A stretch of 58,263 nucleotides of DNA, taken from positions 1 to 58,263 of the forward strand of contig JAMDEO010000118.1 in assembly GCA_023483915.1 (NCBI GenBank), given 5' to 3'. Shown here one piece after another: positions 39,764 to 49,680 of the stretch. Position 1 is the first letter of the stretch. Each line of letters begins with the position of its first letter. The DNA is from Actinomycetota bacterium. Lineage in GTDB: Bacteria > Actinomycetota > Thermoleophilia > RBG-16-64-13. The position numbers were made by a program, and so were the translations under genes. The notes below the pieces were generated by a model. It was not told where the DNA came from. It saw only the letters and a program-made list of their open reading frames with translations, and searched no databases.

Positions 39764-41149
39764 CTACCTAAACCGGGATCTGGACGTGAGTTTCCCCCCG
39801 ATTGCCGGCCGTGCGTAGTCGTCGGCGTGGGCCGCGAGCTGTCCGCACGCAGCGTGGATGCTTGTTCCCTTGCTTTGCCTGAGGACGGTTTCGATCCTAG
39901 CCGCCGTCAAAGTGTTGCGGAAGGCAGTTATGGCCTCGTGGGAGGGGCTTCTCAGCAGACACCCACCTACGGTAGGCAGAAACAGGTGGTCTGCCAAGGC
40001 CCTGCGGTTGCGCAGGTCGTGGCGTTCCGTTGTGGCCTGGCGTTTCATCGACGCACGGTTTTCGGTAGCGGCTGCCCGAGGGGCGCTAGTGCGTCCGGTT
40101 TCCTGGCCTTCTGGCCCACTGGAGTCTGGATTGCGCCGCTCCGCTGCTGCCCGGCTACGCATTGGATTCAACGTCTTCCCGTCGGCGGCGTTACACGTCA
40201 TTCCGACATTCAGGTCCCGGCGCAGCCTCGCTTGGATAGGGTTCCAGGCGAGAAGATTGACAGCGACCACGTGCCCGCGGAGGAGGGCTGCAAGGCGTCG
40301 GGCATCATCGACGGAGTCGTTGATGCCGTCGATGAGCACGTATTCAACAAGCAACTTCCGCCGGGTTATTTCAAAATGCTCCCAGGCTGCAGCGAGGACG
40401 TCCGCTACTGGATGACGGAACTTGCCTGGAATGAGTAGAGCTCGGGTGCGATCATCGGCCGCGTGCAACGAGATGGCCAGGTTCACTTGCGGCTCTGTCC
40501 GCGCCAATCGGCGTATCCCGGAGGGAATACCTACAGTTGAGACAGAAATAGATCGGTGCGCGAAGTTCATTCCATGGGAATCGGTCAAGATGCGAATGGA
40601 GTCGAGCGCTGACTGCAGGTTGAGAAGTGGCTCGCCCATGCCCATGTAGACCAAGTTCGACAACCGCCGGTTCTCTTCAGCGATGATGGTTGCCGCCGCT
40701 CGCACTTGGTCCACGATCTCGGCTGGCAAGAGATTTCGCGCAAATCCTAGCGCCCCCGTTGCGCAGAAGGCGCACCCAACAGGGCAACCGGCCTGGCTGG
40801 AGACGCAAGCCGTCACGCGATCTCGATAGCGCATAATCACAGTCTCGACGGCCACCCCGTCCATGGTCCTCAGAAGCAGCTTGGTAGCGCCATCAGACGA
40901 GGAGACGGAGTCCTGAAGAGTCATGGTCGATGACCCCAGTTCATCGAGCGAAGCCCTGACGCTCAGCGGCAGGTTCGTCGCCCCCGCGAAGGTCAGTCCC
41001 GGGCGCTGAAGAAGATGGTCGAGGATCTGGGCCCGGCGGAACGGGGGAGCCTCGGACTCCAATAGGAAGTGCGAGATATCTGGGCGGTAGATGTCGAGCA
41101 AATCTGAGGCCACATCCATGCTGCTCACATCAAACTCCGCGAGCCACAA
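39764..41149 (-). CDS. rlmN: Radical SAM 23S rRNA/tRNA adenine-C2 methyltransferase RlmN, with an insertion of about 90 aa
   Basis: FRRAQILDHL, CVSSQAGCPVGCAFCATG (CxxxCxxC), NLVYMGMGEPLLN, SVSTVG, SLHA, EYVLIDGINDS, NLLAWNP ... IHAACGQL. The start (TTG 41149 or ATG 41119) is uncertain. Confidence 0.85.
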   Translation of the reverse strand: MWLAEFDVSSMDVASDLLDIYRPDISHFLLESEAPPFRRAQILDHLLQRPGLTFAGATNLPLSVRASLDELGSSTMTLQDSVSSSDGATKLLLRTMDGVAVETVIMRYRDRVTACVSSQAGCPVGCAFCATGALGFARNLLPAEIVDQVRAAATIIAEENRRLSNLVYMGMGEPLLNLQSALDSIRILTDSHGMNFAHRSISVSTVGIPSGIRRLARTEPQVNLAISLHAADDRTRALLIPGKFRHPVADVLAAAWEHFEITRRKLLVEYVLIDGINDSVDDARRLAALLRGHVVAVNLLAWNPIQARLRRDLNVGMTCNAADGKTLNPMRSRAAAERRNPDSSGPEGQETGRTSAPRAAATENRASMKRQATTERHDLRNRRALADHLFLPTVGGCLLRSPSHEAITAFRNTLTAARIETVLRQSKGTSIHAACGQLAAHADDYARPAIGGKLTSRSRFR

Positions 41150-41975
41150 CTCTCACCATCATGCCTCGGGTGACCGATAGAAGTTCAGCAGCACTGGCAC
41201 CATTGAGCGCCAGGGCGACATGGCCCCAAGAATCCCTGTAAACGCCGAGTTCACCCGAAGGGAGTTGGCCGAAAGTTCGTACCAGGCGAGCATCCCACTC
41301 AGGGAGACCACCTCCCTCAATCTCGACGCGGACCGATGGCGAGGGGAAGAGGCCTTCGTCAAAAAGGGCAGCGAGGCCTACGTTGCCAAACGGATCGACT
41401 TCCACGACCTCAGCGGCAAAGCCTTCGCCCAAAGTCTCGACAGCCGGCTCTAGTGGACGCACCAGACGCGAAACGTCAAGGGGATGTGCCAGGTCTGATA
41501 AGCCGGTCCCGGTCGCGAGCAGGGCGGCGGCTGGTGCGAAGATGTCGCGAGCATGAAAGGTTGGGGAAATCCTCCCTCCGGGGAGTTTGGCGAAGGCGCG
41601 AACCTGGTCGGGGTCGAGCACCCAGGCCTCCTTCAATCCCTCCAAAGCATTCGCGGCGGGCACCAACAGGCCGTTGTCCGGACCAACCAGAAGATCACCG
41701 CGGCCGGACACAGCTATCAAGGGATGCCGATCGGTCCCCACCCCGGGGTCGACAACCGCTAGATGGATACAACTGGGGCCCAGCTGAGCGACTCTGGCGA
41801 GCACCATGGATCCCCAGCGGATATCGCCCGGTTCGATCTCGTGCGACAGGTGAAGGACTCGGACATGCGGAGCCAGGGCCGCGATCGTAGCTTCACATGC
41901 CGCTGCGTATCCGCCGGACAGGCCAAAATCGGAGAGAAAGGTAATGAGGTTGCAGGGTTTAGCCAACCCGGTCAT
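41130..41975 (-). CDS. SAM hydrolase / SAM hydroxide adenosyltransferase family protein (DUF62)
   Basis: ITFLSDFGLSGGYAAACEATI...IHLAVVDPGVGTDRHPL...LVGPDNGLL...TFHARDIFAPAAA. Confidence 0.85.
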   Translation of the reverse strand: MTGLAKPCNLITFLSDFGLSGGYAAACEATIAALAPHVRVLHLSHEIEPGDIRWGSMVLARVAQLGPSCIHLAVVDPGVGTDRHPLIAVSGRGDLLVGPDNGLLVPAANALEGLKEAWVLDPDQVRAFAKLPGGRISPTFHARDIFAPAAALLATGTGLSDLAHPLDVSRLVRPLEPAVETLGEGFAAEVVEVDPFGNVGLAALFDEGLFPSPSVRVEIEGGGLPEWDARLVRTFGQLPSGELGVYRDSWGHVALALNGASAAELLSVTRGMMVRVVARGV

Positions 41976-41978
41976 CGG

Positions 41979-44270
41979 TCATCCTCCTTGGCATCCGGCG
42001 CGGGTGGAGTGAAACACTTGGTCGATCATCCCGTCACGGCCGGTCTGGACAACGAGCCCAACTTCAACAGCTGACGGATCGGGGGCATTGCCGGAAAGCG
42101 GCAAAGAAAGCTCGACCACTTCTTTCCAGGCCCCCATCCCGTTTGTAGCGGCCTGCGGGCAAATTCTACACTCTGTTCGGACCTGGCCTCCGTCCTCCAG
42201 AACGGAGACAAACCGCAAGGCCTGGCTCTCAGTAACTCCCTGAACCTCCAAGTGTATCTCGAGCCCTCTCAGGGAGGACGGCGAATCGGGGACCAGCAAC
42301 AGGCAAAGAGCACCCTCATCCCATCCAAAACGCACTTCTCGTATCAACGTACTGCCCGCCCGCTGCATGGTTGAGAATGGCACCGTGGCCAGATATCCCG
42401 CGTTTGCCCACTCGTCAACCTCCCCTTCGGCCCTCGCTTGCGTCGGTCCCACCACGCCGTCGATAACAGGCGCTATAGGTCCCTTGGGCATGACCGGCAT
42501 GAGAGTTGAGGTGCCGCTCAACACTGGGAAGAGCAGATCCGTGGGAATGCTCTTGTCCAACAGCCGGTAGGCGTGCTCCAGGTGACGTCGGAAGCTCGAG
42601 TCCCACACAGCATCGAGTTCGGTATGGTGGTGCTCCCCGAACCACCAGAACCAGTCGCTTCCTTCTGACACGAGGATGTGCCACCACGCCTCCTCGTCTT
42701 TGGAAGGCGTTTCGCGCTCGCCAGCGGCAGTCATTTCCTGCTTGCCCGCAGACGAGGTTTCCTGCGAGGTTAGCGCCTTGTCGCGCGCTGCAACGTCGCG
42801 CGCCTCTACGAGGAGATCCCATGCCTTTCCGTGCGCGGAGTCGCCAATCCAAGTTCGTAAGTCGCCCCCTATCCAGGAGCCGGTGTGAAGCCAATCGAGT
42901 CGGTGGGGGGCGGGATTCTCGCGAAGGTGTTCCGTCACGGTGACGCAGCGGAACCGTGGATCTACAGTCAGTCCCTCGTAGAGATACCGGAGGAAATCGG
43001 CCCCGTTGCGGGTGTAGTATTCCCACGCATTCTCCCCGTCAAGGGCGATCGTGACCAAGGGGACGCAGCCACCTCGAGCAGACTCATGAGGAGTCGTGCC
43101 GGCAGCGCCCCGTGTGGGGACGAGCGCGCTGCGGATGTGTCGGAGCCGGCCCAGTAGATCGACTGCCGCGTCCTTCGAGGCCCATGACCGGTAGACAAAC
43201 CCGATGAGGTCGGAGAGGGTGTGATCTCGAAAGACGATAGAGAGCTCGCCGGTCTGTCGTTCGAGGCGATAGGACGTGTAAAGCGCGTCCGGGCCCAGTG
43301 GGAGAGTGAGTTTGCTCGATGACGTCGCGCCTCCGAGCGCCCCAGTCTGCGTCCGGACCACACCGGCAAGGGAACGGGCCAGTACCGTCTCATCTGAAAT
43401 CGTCCATTCGAAGCCGGACTCGACCAGGAGCGGAATCACGTCTTCTCCGACTGCCTGCTCCGAACACCAGACTCCCCGGGGTCTCTCTCCGAACGTCGCC
43501 GAGTGCTTGTCCGCCGCTGAATGAAGCTGCTCCAGGGCGTCCTCGGGGTGAGCGAACCGCCTGCGGGGAAGGAGAACATCGCCTGTGGCCACTCGTGCGG
43601 AGTCTGAGTTGATGAGCAGGGGCAGAATCGGATGGAAGTAAGGGGACGTGGTCAGCTCAACCTGACCGCGTAAGGCCGCCCCCTTGTAAGCCGGCAGAGT
43701 TCGGACGAGTAGGTCCCTTTGAACTGTGGCCAGTGCGGCTTTGTCCTCTTCGCTGAACAGGCGGCCGCGGCTAACCAGGTCGGAGAGTGGCTGCTCCTCC
43801 AGCAACTTGGGACCGAACCAGGCCAGGTTGAACCAGATCTGCAGGTCTCGAATCTCCTCGACGGAGAAGCTCGCGGCGCACGCTTCCGGGCCCTGGGAAG
43901 CCTGCCCCTCGCGCTTCCTAGCCAGTTCGACGTACCGGGGGTGCGAGCTGGTCCTGGGATGGTCGGATCGTTCGCACATCCGGCCGACTATGAACGCCCG
44001 CTCCGAGAATGACAGCTCGCTTGCGGGCTTGAGGGTATGGTCCCAATAGACGTCGGCGAAATCCCCCGTCGCATAGGCTTCGAGTTGCTCCACCAGCGAG
44101 GGAACCAGATTGAACGTCTGGTGCAGGTCGGGGAATTCACCTAGGATCTCCAACATGCCCAAGTAATCCTTGAGGGCGTGCATTCTTGCCCACGGCATGT
44201 CGAAGGGCGCACCACGGCTGGACCGGTAGTACGGCTGATGCATGTGCCACACAAAGGCTATGTCCACCAC
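41979..44270 (-). CDS. Glycoside hydrolase family 57 protein (large form, alpha-glucan acting)
   Basis: FVWHMHQPYYR...MHALKDY...NLVPSLVEQL..., ALDGENAWEY (nucleophile region), and SDWFWWFGEHH. Confidence 0.85.
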   Translation of the reverse strand: MVDIAFVWHMHQPYYRSSRGAPFDMPWARMHALKDYLGMLEILGEFPDLHQTFNLVPSLVEQLEAYATGDFADVYWDHTLKPASELSFSERAFIVGRMCERSDHPRTSSHPRYVELARKREGQASQGPEACAASFSVEEIRDLQIWFNLAWFGPKLLEEQPLSDLVSRGRLFSEEDKAALATVQRDLLVRTLPAYKGAALRGQVELTTSPYFHPILPLLINSDSARVATGDVLLPRRRFAHPEDALEQLHSAADKHSATFGERPRGVWCSEQAVGEDVIPLLVESGFEWTISDETVLARSLAGVVRTQTGALGGATSSSKLTLPLGPDALYTSYRLERQTGELSIVFRDHTLSDLIGFVYRSWASKDAAVDLLGRLRHIRSALVPTRGAAGTTPHESARGGCVPLVTIALDGENAWEYYTRNGADFLRYLYEGLTVDPRFRCVTVTEHLRENPAPHRLDWLHTGSWIGGDLRTWIGDSAHGKAWDLLVEARDVAARDKALTSQETSSAGKQEMTAAGERETPSKDEEAWWHILVSEGSDWFWWFGEHHHTELDAVWDSSFRRHLEHAYRLLDKSIPTDLLFPVLSGTSTLMPVMPKGPIAPVIDGVVGPTQARAEGEVDEWANAGYLATVPFSTMQRAGSTLIREVRFGWDEGALCLLLVPDSPSSLRGLEIHLEVQGVTESQALRFVSVLEDGGQVRTECRICPQAATNGMGAWKEVVELSLPLSGNAPDPSAVEVGLVVQTGRDGMIDQVFHSTRAGCQGG

Positions 44271-44271
44271 G

Positions 44272-45480
44272 TCAGACGTAGGCGTCCATCGCCCGCACGA
44301 AATTCGTGTAAACCCTTTGTTGTTCCGTCAGAATCATATCTGGGCCCAGGCTCCACCACTCGTCGGGAGTGAAATAGGCAGAGACCTCTGCCTCCGAGCC
44401 AGACCGGCCCGCCCACTGGATGAGGTGTAGATTGTCCGACTGCAGTAACCACAAGGCAAGATCCATGAGGGTGCGATTCCCGGTCAGCCGCGCCTTGTGC
44501 AGAACAGAGTGCATCAAACGGAAGATGGCCTGCTGCGAGGCGTTCCCCAGAAAGAACTCCATACCGCCGGATCCCGCCCAAGTCGTGCCGAACTCGGGGA
44601 GGGGCAGGTTTGGCTTGTGCTCGCCAAACTCTCGAATGGCCTCAGAAGGCAATAGACAGCGAATCCCTTGTTTCTGGAACTCGCTCGGCAGGGCTCGCAT
44701 GAACGAGAAGATCCCTGTGTCCACACTGTGATGCTCGCCAAAGGTTTCGAAGTCCCAGGCGATGAACACGAAGTCCCCCCAGGCTTTGCGAAGATTAGTG
44801 GCATAGGCGTCGGCATGGAGCGGGTAGCCGGCCCAGGAACGGTTACTGAAGCGGTATCCCACGTCATCAGACAGGTCGTGGTGACGGGTAAGAAGGGCGA
44901 GGTCGTGTCCGCCATGACTATAGAGGTGAGTCGGTTCGCGCCACTCCAGGACCCAAGGCCTGCCATCGAGCATGCTGGCTGCGTAACCGAGCCGGTCGAG
45001 GGCGTAGTAAATCTCGTTGTTCATGACCATCTCGGTGGTGTCGGTCACCCGGATCTCTTTTTCGAAAAATGTTTCCGCGTATTTCTTTCCTCTGAGCATC
45101 TCTCTCTGAAAGAGCCGGATGTCGATGGCAAAAGCAAAACTGTGATAGGGCTCGACCCCGACCAGTTCGCAGTTGGGGTGGGCTACTAAGCGTCTGAATT
45201 GATCGGCAAGCTGGGGGTCCCACTGCCGGAGTTGCCATAGAAAGCTGACGGAAAAGCCCAAACCAAGCTTGAAGCCGGCTTCGAGCATATCGGCGAACAT
45301 CGCTGTAGCGGGGTAGTAGCACCAGCGGGCCACTTTCTCGAAGTAGCGCCGGTTCATCTCATCGTCGAATACCAACTCGGCCATGTCGGACGGGGAGGTC
45401 TCCGGCGCGATGACGCGGGCGGGCAGGCGTAGGCGGCGGGGCTGGTGGACAACACAGTACGTGACGAGATTCTCTGCCAT
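44272..45480 (-). CDS. Glycoside hydrolase family 57 protein (about 400 aa form)
   Basis: YCVVHQPRRL..., FIAWDFETFGEHH, and NLHLIQW. This is a GH57-like catalytic pattern. Confidence 0.8.
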   Translation of the reverse strand: MAENLVTYCVVHQPRRLRLPARVIAPETSPSDMAELVFDDEMNRRYFEKVARWCYYPATAMFADMLEAGFKLGLGFSVSFLWQLRQWDPQLADQFRRLVAHPNCELVGVEPYHSFAFAIDIRLFQREMLRGKKYAETFFEKEIRVTDTTEMVMNNEIYYALDRLGYAASMLDGRPWVLEWREPTHLYSHGGHDLALLTRHHDLSDDVGYRFSNRSWAGYPLHADAYATNLRKAWGDFVFIAWDFETFGEHHSVDTGIFSFMRALPSEFQKQGIRCLLPSEAIREFGEHKPNLPLPEFGTTWAGSGGMEFFLGNASQQAIFRLMHSVLHKARLTGNRTLMDLALWLLQSDNLHLIQWAGRSGSEAEVSAYFTPDEWWSLGPDMILTEQQRVYTNFVRAMDAYV

Positions 45481-45490
45481 GAGGCTGCGT

Positions 45491-47017
45491 TTAGGACCGG
45501 GGGCTGTCCGCCTCGGAAAGACACCGAGGGGCCGGATCGCCCGGGGCTTCGTTGAGGCTGCAGGCTTCTTCGGAGACTCGTGGCTTCACTGTCAACTTCC
45601 CGTTTGTCGTTTCGCCGCCGTAGGCCGCGGACGACGGGACGACTTCGCCTGGGGCATCCTCGTTCCGGGCTTCGCCGGGCGGATTCTCTGTGGCTGCTGC
45701 CGCTTGAAAAGCGACGCTTGTTTCGGAGGGTGTCACCAGTTGCCGCAGACACACGTATTCCAGCTTGCCCAAGAGGTTATCGACAATGACGTTCTCCCAA
45801 CTGAAACTGCGGGCCGTCTCCTTCCCGTCCGAGCGCATTCGCTCGGCGACGTCCGGATGCCGGCGTAAGAAGTCGAGAGCGACGTTGATCTCCGAGGGAT
45901 CATCCGTATCGAGCACAACCGAATTGAGGAAGGGCACCGCGTAGTCTTCTCCTGTCGAGCCGACGAAAGCGATGCCTCCTGCGGCCATCACCTCCAGACC
46001 GACCAAGCCGAAAGGCTCGTGTCCGGAATTGGCGAGGACGGAGTCGGCACCGGAGTAGAAGATCGTGATCAGCTCGTCGCTCATGAAACTCGTTACGTTG
46101 TAAACGTCTGCACGCGGCGCCGCGGCGAGTACTTCAAGGGCTTCACCCGGATCGGGAGGAAGCCTTACGTCCGCCACGTTGAGGCCCTCACGTCTAGCAT
46201 TGGTCAGCACTTCCGTGCCGTGCGGCTCTACGCCACCTCGGATGACGGTTACAAGTTTCTGGCCCCGCCGCTTTTCCTCGGCAACCGCACTCATCGCCAT
46301 GTTCCATCGCTTGTCTGGGCTGAAACGCCCGATCTTGAACATGATCTCGGTCCCGGGGAAAGCGGCCCGAAGGCGGTTGACCGACTCAGGATCTGCGGAA
46401 CGGATGCGATCCGGCGGGATACCGTTGGGTATGACAAGCGGGTTGACGCCCCTTTCCCACATCACATGCTTCATGTACCGGGAGACCGTCGTTATCTGGG
46501 AACAGAAGTCGAGTCTTCTCCAATCGATGCGATCAAATCCCATCACGTTGTTGGCATTCCAGAGAATGACAGCCTTGTCGCGCAACCCCTCGACCCAGAG
46601 TCTGTCCGAGATTTGGCAGGTGGAATAAGCGGTGTGCCATTCCTCCGCCAATATTGCTACCAAGCGTCCTTCCGCGGCGGCTGGGGCGACCAGCTTCGAC
46701 GTAACGAAAGCAGGCAGTTGCTCGTTCCAGTCGACTATCTTGGCTTCCTCGCCGTGATACACGCCCCCTGTATAGTGGGCGGATAGCCATTGACCCCAGC
46801 GATGCAGTGTCAGGTTCTCGGCCGGTGCTTCCTGCGCCGGGAGGTGTGGATCGCCGATGAAGACTAGGTGTGTCCGGTAACCCTGGCGGGCCAGTTCGAG
46901 TGCCAATTCCTTCATGCGGACACCAAGGCCACCGGCCATCGCATATTGGTCGGGGCCCTCAAAAGACAGCAAGACGAAGTCGATAGTTTCAGGATTCAGT
47001 TGCGGGAGGGTTCCCAT
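45491..47017 (-). CDS. Glycosyltransferase, GT-B fold (group 1 / GT4-like, alpha-glucan synthase-like)
   Basis: LSFEGPDQYAMAGGLGVRMKELALELARQGY...LANSGHEPFGLVGLEVMAAGG (E-x7-E-type region). Confidence 0.8.
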   Translation of the reverse strand: MGTLPQLNPETIDFVLLSFEGPDQYAMAGGLGVRMKELALELARQGYRTHLVFIGDPHLPAQEAPAENLTLHRWGQWLSAHYTGGVYHGEEAKIVDWNEQLPAFVTSKLVAPAAAEGRLVAILAEEWHTAYSTCQISDRLWVEGLRDKAVILWNANNVMGFDRIDWRRLDFCSQITTVSRYMKHVMWERGVNPLVIPNGIPPDRIRSADPESVNRLRAAFPGTEIMFKIGRFSPDKRWNMAMSAVAEEKRRGQKLVTVIRGGVEPHGTEVLTNARREGLNVADVRLPPDPGEALEVLAAAPRADVYNVTSFMSDELITIFYSGADSVLANSGHEPFGLVGLEVMAAGGIAFVGSTGEDYAVPFLNSVVLDTDDPSEINVALDFLRRHPDVAERMRSDGKETARSFSWENVIVDNLLGKLEYVCLRQLVTPSETSVAFQAAAATENPPGEARNEDAPGEVVPSSAAYGGETTNGKLTVKPRVSEEACSLNEAPGDPAPRCLSEADSPRS

Positions 47018-47158
47018 TTGGCCTCCATGGCGTGTGCCGTTGTCATAGCATACAGTGCTCAGTAGCTTACCCGCGATATCGGCGCGACATGCATGTTCCC
47101 GGGCATTGTGTTACTTTTCCAATCTGTACGCCCCTCAAGGAAGGAAAGGCAGAAAGGC

Positions 47159-48511
47159 ATGGCAGTCAAGTATCTGCTCTCGGAAGATAGGATTCCGACG
47201 ATGTGGTACAACATCGCCGCCGATCTTCCCGCGCCCCCGCCGCCGCCCCTCCACCCGGGAACACTGCAACCGGCCGGTCCTGACGACCTGGCTCCGCTGT
47301 TCCCGATGGGCCTCATCATGCAGGAGATGTCGCCGGAACGGCTGATCGAGATCCCTGATGAGGTGCGGGAGATCTATCGGCTCTGGCGCCCCACCCCGCT
47401 TCTTAGGGCCGCCCGATGGGAGAAGGCCCTTGGGACGCCGGCAAAGATCTACTTCAAGTATGAGGGTGTCAGCCCCGCGGGCTCGCACAAGCCGAACACC
47501 GCCGTAGCGCAAGCTTGGTATAACAGAGAAGAGGGCATCAGGAAGCTCACCACTGAGACCGGCGCTGGGCAATGGGGTTCCGCCCTATCCCTCGCCTGCC
47601 AGCTTCTTGGAATGGAATGCCTCGTATACATGGTGAAGGTGTCCTTCTTCCAGAAGCCTTACCGCCGGAGCATGATCCGGGTTTGGGGGGCAGAGGTCAT
47701 CCCGAGCCCGTCTGACACCACCGAGTCCGGCCGGGCGATCCTCGCGCAGGATCCTGATTCACCGGGCAGCCTGGGCATTGCTATCAGCGAGGCAGTCGAA
47801 GTTGCCGCCAAGCGCGACGACACACATTACTCACTTGGCTCGGTCCTAAGTCACGTCTTGCTCCATCAGACCGTCATCGGGCAAGAGGCCATGGAACAGA
47901 TGGAACTGGCCGGCGCGTATCCCGACGTTGTCGTGGGGTGCGTGGGTGGAGGATCGAACTTCGCGGGAATCGCCTTCCCCTTCCTTGGCGAGAACCTCAA
48001 GAAAGGCAAGAAGACCCGCATCATTGCTGTGGAGCCCGCTGCATGTCCGACAATGACCAAGGGGATCTACGCCTTCGATTATGGCGACACTGCCAAGCTG
48101 ACCCCCCTGGTGAAGATGGAGACCCTGGGCCATGACTTCATTCCCCCGGGCATCCATGCGGGTGGGCTCCGCTACCACGGCATGGCGCCCATGGTTTCGC
48201 ATTGTCATCAGCTAGGTCTCATCGAGGCCGAGTCGGTCATGCAAAACGAAGTGTTCTCTGCAGGTGTGAGTTTCGCGCGGTCGGAGGGCATCATCCCGGC
48301 GCCGGAGAGCAACCACGCGATCGCGCAGGTGAGGAAGCTCGCCGACGAATGCAAGGAGTCCGGCGACGCGAAGACGATCCTCTTCAACTTGAGCGGTCAT
48401 GGCCACTTCGACATGGCCTCTTACGACAACTACTTGGACGGCAAGCTGGAAGATTACGCTTACCCGGAAGAGAAGATCAAAGAGGCGATGAAGAACCTGC
48501 CGAAAGTCTGA
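47159..48511 (+). CDS. trpB: TrpB-like PLP-dependent enzyme (tryptophan synthase beta, type 2)
   Basis: [13 protein letters not shown]...[37 protein letters not shown]...[11 protein letters not shown]...[11 protein letters not shown] at 47159 follows GGAAGGAAAGG. Confidence 0.9.
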   Translation: MAVKYLLSEDRIPTMWYNIAADLPAPPPPPLHPGTLQPAGPDDLAPLFPMGLIMQEMSPERLIEIPDEVREIYRLWRPTPLLRAARWEKALGTPAKIYFKYEGVSPAGSHKPNTAVAQAWYNREEGIRKLTTETGAGQWGSALSLACQLLGMECLVYMVKVSFFQKPYRRSMIRVWGAEVIPSPSDTTESGRAILAQDPDSPGSLGIAISEAVEVAAKRDDTHYSLGSVLSHVLLHQTVIGQEAMEQMELAGAYPDVVVGCVGGGSNFAGIAFPFLGENLKKGKKTRIIAVEPAACPTMTKGIYAFDYGDTAKLTPLVKMETLGHDFIPPGIHAGGLRYHGMAPMVSHCHQLGLIEAESVMQNEVFSAGVSFARSEGIIPAPESNHAIAQVRKLADECKESGDAKTILFNLSGHGHFDMASYDNYLDGKLEDYAYPEEKIKEAMKNLPKV

Positions 48512-48546
48512 CCTCGCGACGGGCCAGACATTGTTCGCGCGGTCTC

Positions 48547-48591
48547 AGAGGCGGCGCCCCCGTAAGCCCTTTGGGCGGGGGCGCCGCCTCT
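48547..48591. terminator. Bidirectional intrinsic terminator between convergent trpB2 and the DUF72 gene
   Basis: AGAGGCGGCGCCCCCG (48547..48562) pairs perfectly with CGGGGGCGCCGCCTCT (48576..48591). It is followed by TTTCGTT on the plus strand. Confidence 0.7.
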
Positions 48592-48740
48592 TTCGTTGAG
48601 GCCACGCGCAGTGCCGGGGCGTCGTCCGTTCAGTACGTCACGCCGACTCAGTCATGTCCGCGCTGGGAGGCTAGATTCCAAAGGATTTGCGCTGCCTCGG
48701 CCCGAGTTGCGGGCTGTCAAGCGTTCCAGCCACCGGTCCC

Positions 48741-49658
48741 TCAGTAGCCCAGGGCTGCCGGTTCGGCGGCGAGGTCCAGCAGTGTCAGCATCTGCTGGGC
48801 ATTCTTGGGGGCATAGTCCGCGTAGCAATTGTTGAACATGACATAGGTGGTCTGGGCTTCTGATTGCAGGGTCCGGATGGGCTCCACCCATTGCACCAGT
48901 TCTTCTTCGGAATAAAGGTACTTGAAGCGCTCGGCAGCCGAACTCACTCGGGCGTTCCAGGTTGCCGCATTGCGCCCGTGAAATCGCACGTATGCCACGT
49001 CACTCGTGGCCGCGGCCAGCGGTGGCAGCACCGACGGCTGCTCGAGGCGGGGCGCATCCACGCACACATAGCTGATCCCCAGAGAGTGAAGCAGATCCAG
49101 CGTGTCGGTCAAGGTGTCCGGCTCCACCCAGGAGGCGTGACGAAACTCTACTGCGACTCTATCCGACGCCAACAGCCGCGTGCTCCATTTGATGTAGTCC
49201 CGGTTGCCGCTGTTCGCTACGAAATATGGCGGGAATTGCATCAGGATGATCCCTAACTTCCCTTGTTCTCGCAGGGGGTCGAGCGCTTCGGAGAAGAGTG
49301 CGAAAACCGACTCGCGCAGATTCGGCGGAGGGTGAACAATGCGGCCGCCGCGATCGAGCTCAAGCTCGTACCCTTCCCGTAGGGCGGGTGGCAGTTGTTC
49401 GGGGCGTACCCCGTGTCTGGTGAGCATGGCAAAAGCCTTCACATGGAAAACGAAGCCGGGCGGGGTCCGATGGGCCCAAAGCCGCGCAATCGAGGAAGTC
49501 GGCAGGCCGTAGAAACTCGAGTCCACCTCGACGGTGTTAAAACGGGCAGCGTAATAGGCCAGGCGGTCTGCGGCGGTCTTGACTCCCGGCGGGTACCAAG
49601 CCCGGATCATGGTGCGGTCCGTCCACGAGCATGTGCCAACCCGAATTTGTCGAAGCAT
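48741..49658 (-). CDS. DUF72 (UPF0759) family protein
   Basis: IRVGTCSWTD...WYPPG......L.YYA..FNTVEVDSSFY.LP......W...TP.GF.FHVKA......H is the typical DUF72 pattern. Confidence 0.85.
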   Translation of the reverse strand: MLRQIRVGTCSWTDRTMIRAWYPPGVKTAADRLAYYAARFNTVEVDSSFYGLPTSSIARLWAHRTPPGFVFHVKAFAMLTRHGVRPEQLPPALREGYELELDRGGRIVHPPPNLRESVFALFSEALDPLREQGKLGIILMQFPPYFVANSGNRDYIKWSTRLLASDRVAVEFRHASWVEPDTLTDTLDLLHSLGISYVCVDAPRLEQPSVLPPLAAATSDVAYVRFHGRNAATWNARVSSAAERFKYLYSEEELVQWVEPIRTLQSEAQTTYVMFNNCYADYAPKNAQQMLTLLDLAAEPAALGY

Positions 49659-49680
49659 GGGCTAAGGATATACTGGTCCG

